Assembly: GCA_046563655.1 (NCBI GenBank)
Contig: CM102290.1
Location: 434,001-498,000, forward strand
Source: Yuukianura sp. NJ FZ-2021
Taxonomy: Eukaryota
Length of the DNA: 64,000 nucleotides
Reading direction: 5' to 3'
This document shows positions 13,796 through 25,224 of the stretch, one piece after another. Every line of letters begins with the position of its first letter. Position 1 is the stretch's first letter. A program made the translations under genes and the position numbers. Under the pieces are notes generated by a model. That model saw only the letters and a list, made by a program, of their open reading frames with translations, did not search any database and was not told where the DNA came from.

Positions 13796-14180
13796 AAATT
13801 TACGGACGTGGATTTGGCTCGTTTTAAAGTGAGACGCACGACTGGGTTTTGGTGTTCAATTGGCTTGAAACGGCAATAAACCCAACTTAAACTTCTTTTT
13901 CCTTCGTTTTTAGCCAATGAAAACTGGGAGGTCAAAGGTCACAAATTACGACTTTTTAATTACTGACTTTTACTTTACATAGTTTTACAAAAAGTGGTTA
14001 AAAGTTCGTTTTTCAATGATAAAAACGTAGTTTATGAGATTTATTGAAATGATAGATTAATAGGAAATCGTAGTGAACAAATGCTAGTTTCGTTTGGATC
14101 GAGCTGAATCCAATGCAGGTCAAAGGTCATCGTGTCAAATGACCATTCAAAGGTCAAAGGTCATTTCGTAACGTGACCAT

Positions 14181-15466
14181 TCAAATTCCTTCTTCAGCTG
14201 ATCTTGGACGAATCACTGAAAATTTAAAAAAAAATTCAGCACCAATCAGTCATGCGGCATGACTCATGCCGACAAAATTAAAAATTTTTAAAATGCTTTA
14301 AATGGAACCTCCGCAAATTCGAAATGGAAATTTTTTAAAATTTTACTTTTTCTGACTTTTTTTTTTAAATTTTTTTGTTACCATGTGGAAAGTGGTGCCG
14401 AGGAACAAGTGGAATAGGTTGATGCAAAGCTCTCTGGCGGAGGTCAGTAGCTTGGACCAACAGTGGCATTCCCTGTGACTCGTCTCCTTCCGACTCTGGA
14501 AATGCTGGATGCTGGAATCTGCTCAACCTTGGACCGGATCGCTGGAAGTTCATGAATTGTGTCATGTGAGCGTCTTGACCTTGCGGAATGAAAATTGGAC
14601 CACCAAGACCAAGTTCCTGCACTTGAATTTTGAAATTTGGTTGTTCTTCGGCCGCCTGAAGCAGAGGAAACATCGATTCCAATCCACCCACGGTCCCACC
14701 AACGGCCCCACCAACGGTCCCACCAAGAAGTTCGTTCAAAATGTCTGGAAGGGAGGGGGCAGAGCGTGGGGCGAGTGGAATTGGGCCAATCACTTGGAGT
14801 GGCTCTTGTTCCGAGGCTGAAGTGGCAACAGCAGAGTTTGAATTTTGGCGCCAATTTTGGGGGTTGTTTCTAACGGGGGGTTTTTCGGTTTCATTTGGCG
14901 CCAAATCACAACAAATTGAAATGTTTTCTCCAGAAAATCGGAGACAGCGATCATCAGTTGAAATGTTGAGTGAAAAGAGTGGTGGCAAGGTTCGAGCGCC
15001 ATCTAGCGGACTTTTTTCAAAAGTGCATTTCAGGGGAATCCGCTGACTAGGGTCAGCATCCTGAAAAGTAAAATTTTGAAAAATTATGAAAATTTTTCAA
15101 AATTTTGAAAATTTACCTTAAATGGAATGTTGAGAATTGTGACGACTCCGTCGTCATCTGACCCCTGACCTTCCCCTGAATCTTCTTCCACTGAACTATT
15201 TTTGTCTTTGACTTCCTTTCTCTCGGCCGATTCCAAGTCGTTCATACTCTTAAGGAGAACGGTTTGCAAAAGCTGTTGTGGTGCTGCCAACAATGACTCT
15301 GCCTAAAAATTTCCAAATTTTTGAAATTTTAGAAAATTTTGAAAAATTTTTTTTTGGTTTATACCATAGGTTGATTCCCATGACAAACGGCAGTTGAAGA
15401 TGAAGTGAGCCATGCTGAGAAAATGAGTGAAACTGAAATCATAGCTGCGATAATTATTCCAGACAT
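14181..15466 (-). CDS. Uncharacterised secreted protein (~333 aa, 4 coding exons)
   Basis: Exons 15466-15365, 15302-15117, 15060-14382 and 14215-14181 are all GT-AG, phase-consistent and total 1002 nt. The N-terminus MSGIIIAAMISVSLIFSAWLTSSSTAVCHG is signal-peptide-like. No family recognised. Confidence 0.7.
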
Positions 15467-18204
15467 GGCAATAATTTTCGTAATTTGCACAGCAGTGGTA
15501 GCTGATCTTCCCGCAGTTTTGTAACTCTAAAAAATGAAAAAAATTCTAAAATTCAGAATTTCAAAAAACTTTCAAAATTTCAAAAATTAGTTAAGATTAG
15601 GACTCAAGCCAAGCAGTTTGACCTTCGACCTAGCCCAAAATCATAAAAAAATGAAAATGACCTCGTTTAGACTGCTTCAGCATAATTTTGAAAATGAAAG
15701 CGAGGGAAAAAGTTTTCATGGTTTAAAACTTTTACTTGCACCCCCTACTATGCTTGTAGTTTTTTTTTTTTTTTTTGTGTGTTGAATCGTTACGGGACTT
15801 GGCTTCGTTTCAATTGGACCTCAACAGGCTCAAAAGAGGAAGAAAAACAAATTGAAAAGTGAAGATTCGCATCGAGATGAAGATGACACAGGCGTACTCA
15901 AGCGTTCAAGCGACACAACAAAACAGAAAAACGGAATCGAAAGTGAGAATTTAAGTTTCAAAAAATGAAATAAGCGGTGATCATTTTGCAAAAAAATATA
16001 AAATAAAAGTGATACTCTCCCACAGAAAGTAAACTGTTGTGCAAAAACTATTTTTGACTTGTGTAAAACCTAACTTGTGCAATTTTTGCAATTATTGGAC
16101 ATCACAGTAGGAATTTTCGCATTTACAAAATACCGCCAGCCATAAATTCTCCTTTTGCAATTTAATTTTCAAAATCTTTAAACATTTTTTTTTCAATTGT
16201 CGTCGTTTTGTCAAAAACTTGGCCACGTATTCATTTCTTTTTAGTGGTTTTTACAGCAGCGTCACAAGAAACTTTTTCTTAGCTACAAAAGTTGCGCAAC
16301 ATTTTTGCAACAACTTAAATCTTGCCATTACAGTTGACCTATATAAACACAAAAGTGTGGTGGCCTTTATACATGTATTCAACTGCCACACGCTTTTTAA
16401 TCTTTTCATTTTAGCACACTTCATTATCCTTAAACGTGCAAAATATTTGCAAGTTTTGGCAAAAAATGCAATTTGTGTGCGAAAATTACAAAGTGTGCAT
16501 AGTATATAAATGGAGTTGAGGATTAAAAGTTTAAGGAAGATTTTAAAGTTAAATGCCCCTCCCTTCCTGTGTTGTTTTTTTTAGATCTGCAAAGGATTTT
16601 AACACTTTCTAAATCTTTGTGATGCAGAAATGGAATAAAGTACTCAGACTTTCTAACGTTGATATGTTGATATGTCGTAGAAGATAAAAAAAACTTCAGT
16701 GGGATTCGATCCCACGGCCATTCCTAAAGTAAAGTGTGTACTAGGAACAGTCTATTAAAAATCCTTGAGAAAAAAAAAGACACAAGGGAAAATTCTAATG
16801 CAAAAAGTTGCAAGTTGCAACTCATTCTTGGAATTGCTAAACCACGACTTGCAAATTTTCCGCATCTTCCTCCAATCAGTCAATTGTCAAGTCAGTTGTG
16901 AAAATTACAGAGTGCAATTTGGAGATTGCACATATGTCAATTTTAACAATGGATAGCAGTAGATGTTGCTGTTTATAGCTTGTGACTGCTATTGAAACGT
17001 GTGCGAAATTTCAAAATGTTTCAAACAACACAAGATTTTAGCTAAGAAATTCCAATTTTTCATAGCAATTTCTGAAATGTAAAATTTTAACTCGAAAAAA
17101 AAGGAGCTATTTTTGTCACTATAAAAAATTTAATGTAGATTGCGAATTTTTTTAAAAAATGTTTAGGGAATGAGCATACAATTTATTTTTTTTTGACAAA
17201 TGCATGCTTAAATTTTTCGAAATGTAATGTGGGAATTTTTTTTTTAAAGTGAAGTTAGATGCATCGACATAGAAATAAAAGTTATAGCGGAAGTAATTTT
17301 TTTTTCTGCATGAGTGAGAAATTGAAATGGTTCATTTGGAAAATGACGCTCGAAAAAAAAGTTTCCTAGTGATTAACGACAGGGAAACTAGTACAATTTT
17401 ACATTTACGTTATGTTGTGATGCTTGATGTTGCAAAAAATTTGCACTATGTGAAAAAAGTACATGTACAAATAACCCACCGACGGAAAAGGAGTGATGGA
17501 AATAATTGTTTCTTTTTATCTCATCTATTTCCTACACTTTTACCATAAAAATAAGTGCCTTTAATTAAATTGAGACTAAAGTAAAAAACGCCTAGAGAAA
17601 AAAAAATGCCTAAAGAAAAAACAGAGAACTTAAAAAAAATTAAGGTTAACCTAACAATTTATTTAAAATTTTGATTAATCATGATTAACCTTCTGCTGTA
17701 ATACCAGGAAGATTCTTATAATTTTTTTTATGTTTCCAGCAAATCTTTCAAAATCTGCACACGAAAGGGAAGGTTTTTGGCAAATTTGCAAAATGTTCAT
17801 ATTCATGAGTGGCTCTGGCCTTGTCCAAGTGCCCAATTGCTTAAACAGGCTTTGTGAAGATGTACACAAACCATTTTTGCAGTGTTGCAAAAACATTGCA
17901 AAAGTGCATCCATCTCAGCCTACTTCCTCCTTTGTAATTGCTTTTTTTGTTGTCATTTTCGAAATTTTGGCAAGCAAATTGCTGTTTTTATCAAAATTTG
18001 GGAGACAAAGAGAAGAAAAAAGGACAAAACCAAAGTTAGACAAAAGTAAATCTAAAATTTTTTTGTCAAAGAAAAAAAAATGCGGTAAACTTTTTGCTGT
18101 AAGACATTTTGCGGTAAAGGTTGCAAATTTAAAAACAAAATTGCAAGATGGTGGCAAAAGTAAAAGTTTTCGTACCAGAATTGGCACAAGATTAGAAACA
18201 GTCT

Positions 18205-18410
18205 AAGGATTAGGGCTAGTTTTTTGAATTAGTCTTAGTTTTAGCATAAGCGTTAGTTTTAGGATTAATTTTTGGATTAGCGTTAGTTTTACTATTGTGT
18301 TTGGATTCGCGGTATGACCAGGATTAGTTTTTGGATTAGCGTTAGTTTTAGGATTAGTTCTTGGATTAGCGTTAGTTTTAGGATCAGATTTTGGATTATC
18401 GTTAAAATTA
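18205..18410. repeat. Minisatellite GGATTAGCGTTAGTTTTAGGATTAGTTTTT (~30 nt)
   Basis: About 6 degenerate tandem copies. Confidence 0.85.
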
Positions 18411-19496
18411 GGCTTAATTTGAGCCTAACTTTGAACTTACTGGAGGTGGATCCGGGTAGTCCATGCCCAAGTCCTTCATGATGACCGTCGTCATGGAGTC
18501 ACATGGCTCCCGTTCAGTCTCCTGTTGCTTCTCCATGATTTTCCACAATTCCTTCAACTTTTCGAAAACACGGTTTCCAAATTTTCAAAAACTCTCTTTT
18601 TACACCAAAACCTTGATTGGTTGCCAAAAAAGTGAAGATGGTTTAGGCGTTGGTGGGACACGCGTATTGAAAATTGGATGAAACGTTGCTTTGTACGAAG
18701 TGAGAGGAGAAGTGCAGTTGGGAGTGGAAGGACAAGTGACTTTAAAGTGAAATGGATTCACTGCAGGAGGGGGTTTCCCCCCACTTGGGGGGCGTGTGAC
18801 CCTGTATCCCAGTTGTGTCAAGTGACTTAGCTTATGGTTGCATAGACTATGTTTACTTTGTTCCCACGCAGAGTAGTTTGGAAGGAGGTCAGGAGGGGGA
18901 TGATGAGTTCTTCTTGAATTAAATGCAGTCTAATTGTCATGAGAATCCAAGTACCTCATAAGTGTATCCCTTGCGTGTAACCTTTCCCAAACAATAAACA
19001 ATTTTTAAGGAACTGCTTGAAGGTTTGATGGTCATCAGGAACACAAAACTCAACTAACCTAACTCACAATTTCCTCCGGAGGTGACCGTGACCTAGTCAG
19101 GTCAATTCACAAATTGAAACTAAAAGGAGAGGTCACTTACATTTTGTAACGCTGGAACTCGAATGCAAAATTTTGAAATTTTGGATTAAAAGGACTAACT
19201 TTTGTTTTGCTTTGGATTTGTAGTATAGAAAAGTGAAAGTGAACTGTGTATGGTTGGCTGAAGTTGAGAATTGGAAGTGCGCAGGCGCAGTAGAAAGTGA
19301 GAAACTGAGCTTCTTTTACTAGAGATTCGACCAAGGATGAAACTGTTCTGGAGGCAGTCAGCGTCTGGAAGTCAAGAGGAATTCAACTCTGACAGTTCAA
19401 ATTCAAGTTGAAAAAAGTCACAATTATAAACTTCCTGGAAGGAGAATTTTGGATGTAAAAGTTTTTTGAAATTTTTGAAAAAAGTATTTTGGGATC

Positions 19497-22158
19497 ATGA
19501 TTTCCGGAAAACCGCTTCAGGCTACAGACGACGAAGAGGTAATCTCCCATTTCAAAATTTTCATTTTTCTAATTTTCAACTAAATCCGCTACAATTTAGA
19601 TTTCTCGTCTTTTTTTAAATTCATATTTTTGCAGTTCCACTTTTTATTAAAAAGGTTGTCAAAAATTAGTTGCATGTTTGAAATTTTTGAAAAAAATTGG
19701 AATTGAAGTGCGATGTTTAAATTAGTCTGATTTCAGAGTCGTTAATTTTTTTTTCGTTTTTTTCAGCATTTTTTTCCCAAAATTTTTGTGAAAGATGAAG
19801 TATAGAAACACTCGGATGAACCTTATTGTGTTTTTTTTTTTAGATTTTGACTTTGTATTTTTTGGGCTTATTTATTTTTGATGTCGTAACTAACTGTTTG
19901 CATGCACAACTTTATTTTTTGTGGAAAGTAATTTTGGTGTTTTGTCGTAAGAGGAAGTGTGTAGTGTTGTGTAAAATAATGTATGTATAATATAATATAT
20001 TGGATTCGGCTGATGAGGAAACTGGTGAGGAAGGATAGTGTTTCACTGGTTTATTATTTCGGTTCCAGATCAGATTCCTACCCGGGTTTTCTGTTTCAGC
20101 CTCCGAATGAGAGTCCATGCCAAGTCTCCCCTGCCACCCGATACTCACGGCCCCTCTCCCCTTTCCATTTATAGCTCCAGTTTCATTCCACATACAACCC
20201 AGATACAACCCCCCCCCATCTTCAGGAGGGGGGGGGTCTGGTCAAAGGTCATGGAGCCCATAGGTCCACTGGGCTGACCTGCGACCTTGAGGGGGGAGGG
20301 TCTATATTTCTTAATTTTTTACTAAATTTGAGAATAAACCTAATTTCGTTAATTTTGTTTTCGAGAACGTAGAAATTGTAGCATGGGCAAATTACGTTTC
20401 AAATTTTCGAAATTTTGTAAAAACTATTTAAAATTTACTTGTTTATGATTCTTCATAGGAACCTGTTGAGGAAGTTCTGGATTTGAGGAAATCGTGTCTA
20501 TCGAATCCTGGAAAAGGTGAGTTCGCGAAATGATTAAAAAATTTTAAAACTGAATCTTAAATATTTTGTTAAAACTCTAATAAAATTTTGAAGAATTTTT
20601 TTTTGGTTTTTTTTTAGAAAAGCTGTGTAGTTGGTGTGGAAAGCGTGGGATTTCGTGTCCGAATGGACTCGTAGGTTCCTCTACTTGGACATACTGTTCT
20701 CAACGGTGTTACGAGAAGTTCCGTCGAGCAGTTTTTAAAAAACGGTCTGCATGTCTCTGGTGTAGCAACGTGGCAGGAAGAGCAAGTGACACAACAGCAC
20801 AATCGACGCTGGACGAAACAAAATTCTGCTCAGAATGCTGTTTGACTCAATTCAAACTAAAGCTATTCTGCGACGAAACGACGTCTCATTTACACCAAAT
20901 TAAGGTAATAAATCTTTGTTTCCAATTTTGAACCAATCAGAATCGAGAGAACAAATCTCAGCCAATCAGATTCCAGAAAACTTAAAAATCTCAACTAATC
21001 ACATTAGAAGAAACAATAATTTCCACCAATCAAAATTCAATAAAAAAAAATTAATATTTGTACTAATCAGAATTCAGTAGGAAAATTTATATTTCAAACC
21101 AAGGAGAATTCAATAAAAAAAAATCAAACAGGAAGCTTTTTGAAAAACTAAAAATTAACAAATATTTTAGAATTGGTTGCATAATCTAAAATTTTAAGCG
21201 GAAAAAAAGTCACGTGTTGCGTTACGTTTGTATTTCCTAATTGAATTCTACAGAAGTCCGCGTGTCGTATCGAATATCATCTTATCGAATGCATATTGTA
21301 TTACCGTATCGGAGATATTTTTAATACGGAAACAGGATTAAAAAAGCACGTTTTGAGTCATTTTCTAAATTCGATTTTTGGAGAAACAGAAAATTGGATA
21401 ATTCTGTAACTATTTTTTAGGACAAAGATTCAAATGTTCCTGCCAGCACTGGAACTGCTGAAGTCGGAACTGAATTGATTACACCCGCACTGTGGCTGCG
21501 TAAAGACAGTTCACCTCCTTGGAAAGAAACTGATGTCACTTTTGACCCGATTCCGCAAGGTCAAAGGTCAAAGTTGGACCAAAACCAACAACAAGCAACT
21601 CCAGGACCTTCTTCAACTCAGGTCAATCTTACTAAAGTCAAAATTGAGCCAATAGTTCAACAGCAACAACCCCTACAGCAACAACAGCCTGGAAGTAGCT
21701 GCGGGTTCGAATCCCCGAGGCGGGAAAAAAGAAAAAATTCTATGAAAACATCCATTTGCTCATCGGGAACATTCGGAAAATTGCGAATCAGTAAAGCCAA
21801 TCGGGTTGTTTCGCCTGGGGGCAAATCCGGGTCAATGACCCGGAGAAAAAGAGACCCCATGTGTGAACCCTATAAACCCCACGGGGTCATTGACCTGTAC
21901 CACTCCAAACCTCTGACCCCGCCCCCTGTGAACTTAAGTGTTATTCAAAATCACCAGCATCGCTTGGATAGACCACCACGGCAAGCCACTTCCGCACCAT
22001 TGGCGCGCACGATTTCCGCACCTTCGCAGCAACTCCCGCGAAACGACTCAATTCAAATTTCCCTCGTGCCCATACCGTTCCCCTTTCTATTTCCAGTCAT
22101 CCTCCCGCCACAGATCAGCATACATAAAACATTTGACCCTATAGAAGACTTGGAGTGA
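19497..22158 (+). CDS. Sobp: Sine oculis-binding protein (SOBP/RAI2 family)-like FCS zinc-finger protein (~374 aa)
   Basis: Exons 19497-19538, 20459-20516, 20618-20904 and 21421-22158 are phase-consistent. It has two fingers (CSWC...YCSQRCYEKFRRAVFK and CLWC...FCSECCLTQFKLKLFCDET), then LITPALW and a Pro/aliphatic LVPIPFPFLFPVILPP segment, as in SOBP. The first exon is tentative. Confidence 0.8.
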
Positions 22159-22180
22159 AAAAATTATAGGTCAACTTCAG

Positions 22181-22375
22181 CAAGGTTCCTTGACAACGAA
22201 AAGTTAATTTTCTGTAACAGGTTGAGTACTACCTCGCCTGTTGACAAAAAAAAAATGAAAAAAACAAAAACAAAAATCGGTACCAATTCGTATGTAAAAT
22301 TAAAAAAATTCGGCTGTATTGTTATGATTAGGTATTACTCAACCTGTTAAAGAAAATCAAAGTCAACAAACCTTG
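22181..22375. mobile_element. MITE family A, copy 2, in the Sobp 3' region
   Basis: Terminal inverted repeat (TIR) caaggttccttgac / gtcaacaaaccttg, subterminal acaggttgagta / tactcaacctgt, and a perfect 8-bp TSD AACTTCAG (22173-22180 and 22376-22383). Confidence 0.9.
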
Positions 22376-22986
22376 AACTTCAGGTCAAAGGTGAAATTTT
22401 TGGCAGGCTTTTGTAAGATAAGACAAAAGATATTGTCTACTTTTTCACTTTAAATATCTAAAAGTTTATTTTTCTTAACTGTTCTAAAAACTTTACGGTC
22501 AGTTGTTTACGTGTGCCAAATTTTTAAATCGGTGCACATATCTAAACGAAAATTTTATTGCATATAATTTATTAAAAACAAAACTGATAATAATGAAGCT
22601 GCTGACGATATTATTTTAGTACGACTTTAGGAAGCATTTGAAGGTTAAGGTTAGGCTAGGTGCCTGACCTTATTCACCATAATTAATATTTAACTTTGAC
22701 TATTACAGTTAAATCAGACAGTTAACGTCACACACAGTTTGTAATTTCATAAGTTATGTATTGATTCGTGCGTTGCAAAAGACTCTAAGAGGTCAAATGT
22801 CAATTACTTTCGAAGAATTTAGATGTGGACGACGTTTCTATCGTTATGAAGATGCGATTATTAACTTGACTGTTGAACTCTTGCCTCTTTGACTCGATTG
22901 GATTTGGATTTGAATTTGAATTGCGTTATTTCTTATGGTGTATTGTCATTTTTACGAAGAGAGACGTGCGATTTGAGCAACTGTGG

Positions 22987-24289
22987 TTACTCGAACAAAG
23001 AGTCCCAGAAGTTGTTGCTCAGGAAACGGCGGAATAGAATTCCACTGATGCAGAATAGGATTCCTCCAACGGCAATGTTGAAGAAGGCGTTGCTCATGAG
23101 GTTCTCCGGTCCATCGTCAGGCAAATCATCATCGTCGTCGTCATTATTCTCGTCGTCTGCTGGGATTTGAGCAGTCGTGTCTCCAGCACGACCGTCAAAG
23201 GGAATTCGAATTGGCCCGTTGGGTTGGTTCTGTGTAAGAGTCTCTGGAGGAATGACGACGTTGTCAAATACTTGAGTCGGGTCGTGTGGCAGACGGAAAA
23301 TTTGCTGGGCTTTTGGTGGTCCAGTACTAGGCCCGGCGCAGCGCTGAAAACAACAAAACCAATTGATTCAAATCAAAATTTAAAAACTAACTTTAGTCAA
23401 ATTAGTTAAATTTTAGTAAGGTTAGCTGAACCTGATCTTAACGTGACTTACGTATTTGATGTGAGTGATGGATGGGCCGCATGTGGGACATTCCCAAGTG
23501 AGACTCTTCTTGGCCAACTGCTTGCGACTGTCTGACGGCATTTCGACGGACCCAATGGCTCCGGGACTGTCCGTGCTCATGAACGAGATCAAGGCAACCA
23601 GAGCAGTTCTAGTGCCAAAAAATGAAATGAAAAATCCAAGTATTTGGTAAGCAGTTTAATGCCTTACCGAATGGACCATGATGGACGCCAGGTTTCAGGA
23701 TGATAGGAGGAAATGGACAGGCAAATTTTGGTTCCAGTCTCAAAGCGGCCGTTTGGCTGTAAATAGTTACCGTTAGTGTTGTACAAAGGATATTATAAAT
23801 CATCATTCTGTCTTTGTCAATTGATCAATTATCAATTACTGTGAGCAAGATGATTGATGGTGGTTTCATTGGATATTCCGGTGGGAGAATGATTCGTCCA
23901 TGGTAGACTCCGACAGCGTAGTCACTATCCGGCGGTCCACGAATAGTAAAGTGCCACTCGAACAGGTTGTCCTCCAATGGTCTTGCGTAGATTTGGTCGC
24001 TTGGAGCAGCCATCTCAGCAGCCTCACGAAGCAGTCGTTTCACAGCTGATATCAGAGAAACAAAATGAACATTGAAATTAAAGTAATAACCGTTTTTGGT
24101 TAATTGCAATAATTAGTTACCCGGGTTTCGCAGGTTGTACTGGCTAGTGTCAACTCCAACAGACGATGGACTGAGGTCAACAGCAGGCGAAGTTGGGACA
24201 GAAGGCGGAAGTGGTGGAGATGATGCTGACTCTGAGGTACCGGCAGTGGCTGCCTCCTCACTAGGCGTAGCATTCAATTGGTCACTCAT
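22987..24289 (-). CDS. UBE2J1: Ubiquitin-conjugating enzyme E2 J1 (ER tail-anchored, Ubc6-type)
   Basis: YNLRNP-AVKRLLREA...PLEDNLFEWHFTIRGP...[30 protein letters not shown]...KICLSISSYHPETWRPSWSIRTAL, with a C-terminal hydrophobic anchor before TAA at 22987. Confidence 0.93.
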
Positions 24290-25224
24290 CTTGATAGCTC
24301 TACAAAGAAAGTTAAACATTGCATCAAATTTGTATTATCATCCACACTAACTTTAGTAAATCGATGTCCAATTACCTGATTCCTATACGAAAGTCAATGG
24401 ACAACCGTCCAAGAGCAGAGAATACGCCGGTGCTTTGCCGCCCCGCAACGAAAAGAGCAACCCTTGACCTGCCGTGTCTGTTTACAACCAATTCAGCAGG
24501 TTACTTACTCCTTCCTGTTGTGTGTTGCCAAGACAATACGAAAAGCAGTTGGTTGTGCAGTTGCTGCTGTTCAAAAGTGTGTCACACGTCAACCTAAAGT
24601 ATTCAACTGACGGAATGGTGATGTCAGTATGTCAGCCAATTGTGGAGTAATGCCACTGGACAAAAATTATTGAAGACACTCCTCCCCAATTTTAAAACTT
24701 GTTGTCTCCTCAATTGTCAACTCTTTCTTTTGTTTAGTGTTTTTCTACTCAATTTGATTTGAAAAAAACTTTTCGAATTTTTTTCCCGCCTTATTACAAT
24801 AATTTGGTAAATGTAAAAGACACCTTACTTACTTCTTCAACTCCCAGTTCAGTCATAGCTGGGCAAGCAACCGAGAGGTTCAAATCAAAATCTTTTTTAA
24901 AATGTGTTACAGTTTTTAGTGTGCTGTATTAACTAGCGGCCAAAAAATCACTTCACTAATTCACTGTACAATGACTAATTTTGATTTGATTAATTTCTTT
25001 TCCATTAATCGTTTGTAAGTCAATCATCAGCCGAAAAAAATCGGAGAAAGTGTTGTATTTTGCTTTTATTTTTCTCAAAAAATGTTTTGTTTACATTCAT
25101 TTTCGCGCGAACCATAATTTAAAATAGAGAGATAAGAAACAGCAAAAAAAAAATAGACAAAGAAAGAAGTACTACTGACTTAGATGCCATTGCCATTTTC
25201 AGTTTAATTGTTAACGTTTTTGAC

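Noticed and set aside
14444..15046. Multiple overlapping and antisense ORFs over the orphan gene and other exons
   Set aside because: These are shadow frames of less AT-rich coding exons with no independent support.
17730..18206. 158-aa ORF in a TGCAA-rich region (16000-18200)
   Set aside because: K/F-rich composition typical of AT-rich noncoding DNA, with no domain or splice support. Possibly a decayed repeat.
23783..23795. ATATCCTTT on the minus strand, resembling a U12 5' splice site in UBE2J1
   Set aside because: It lies mid-intron; the ordinary GT-AG intron already gives the correct LLT|PNGRF junction.
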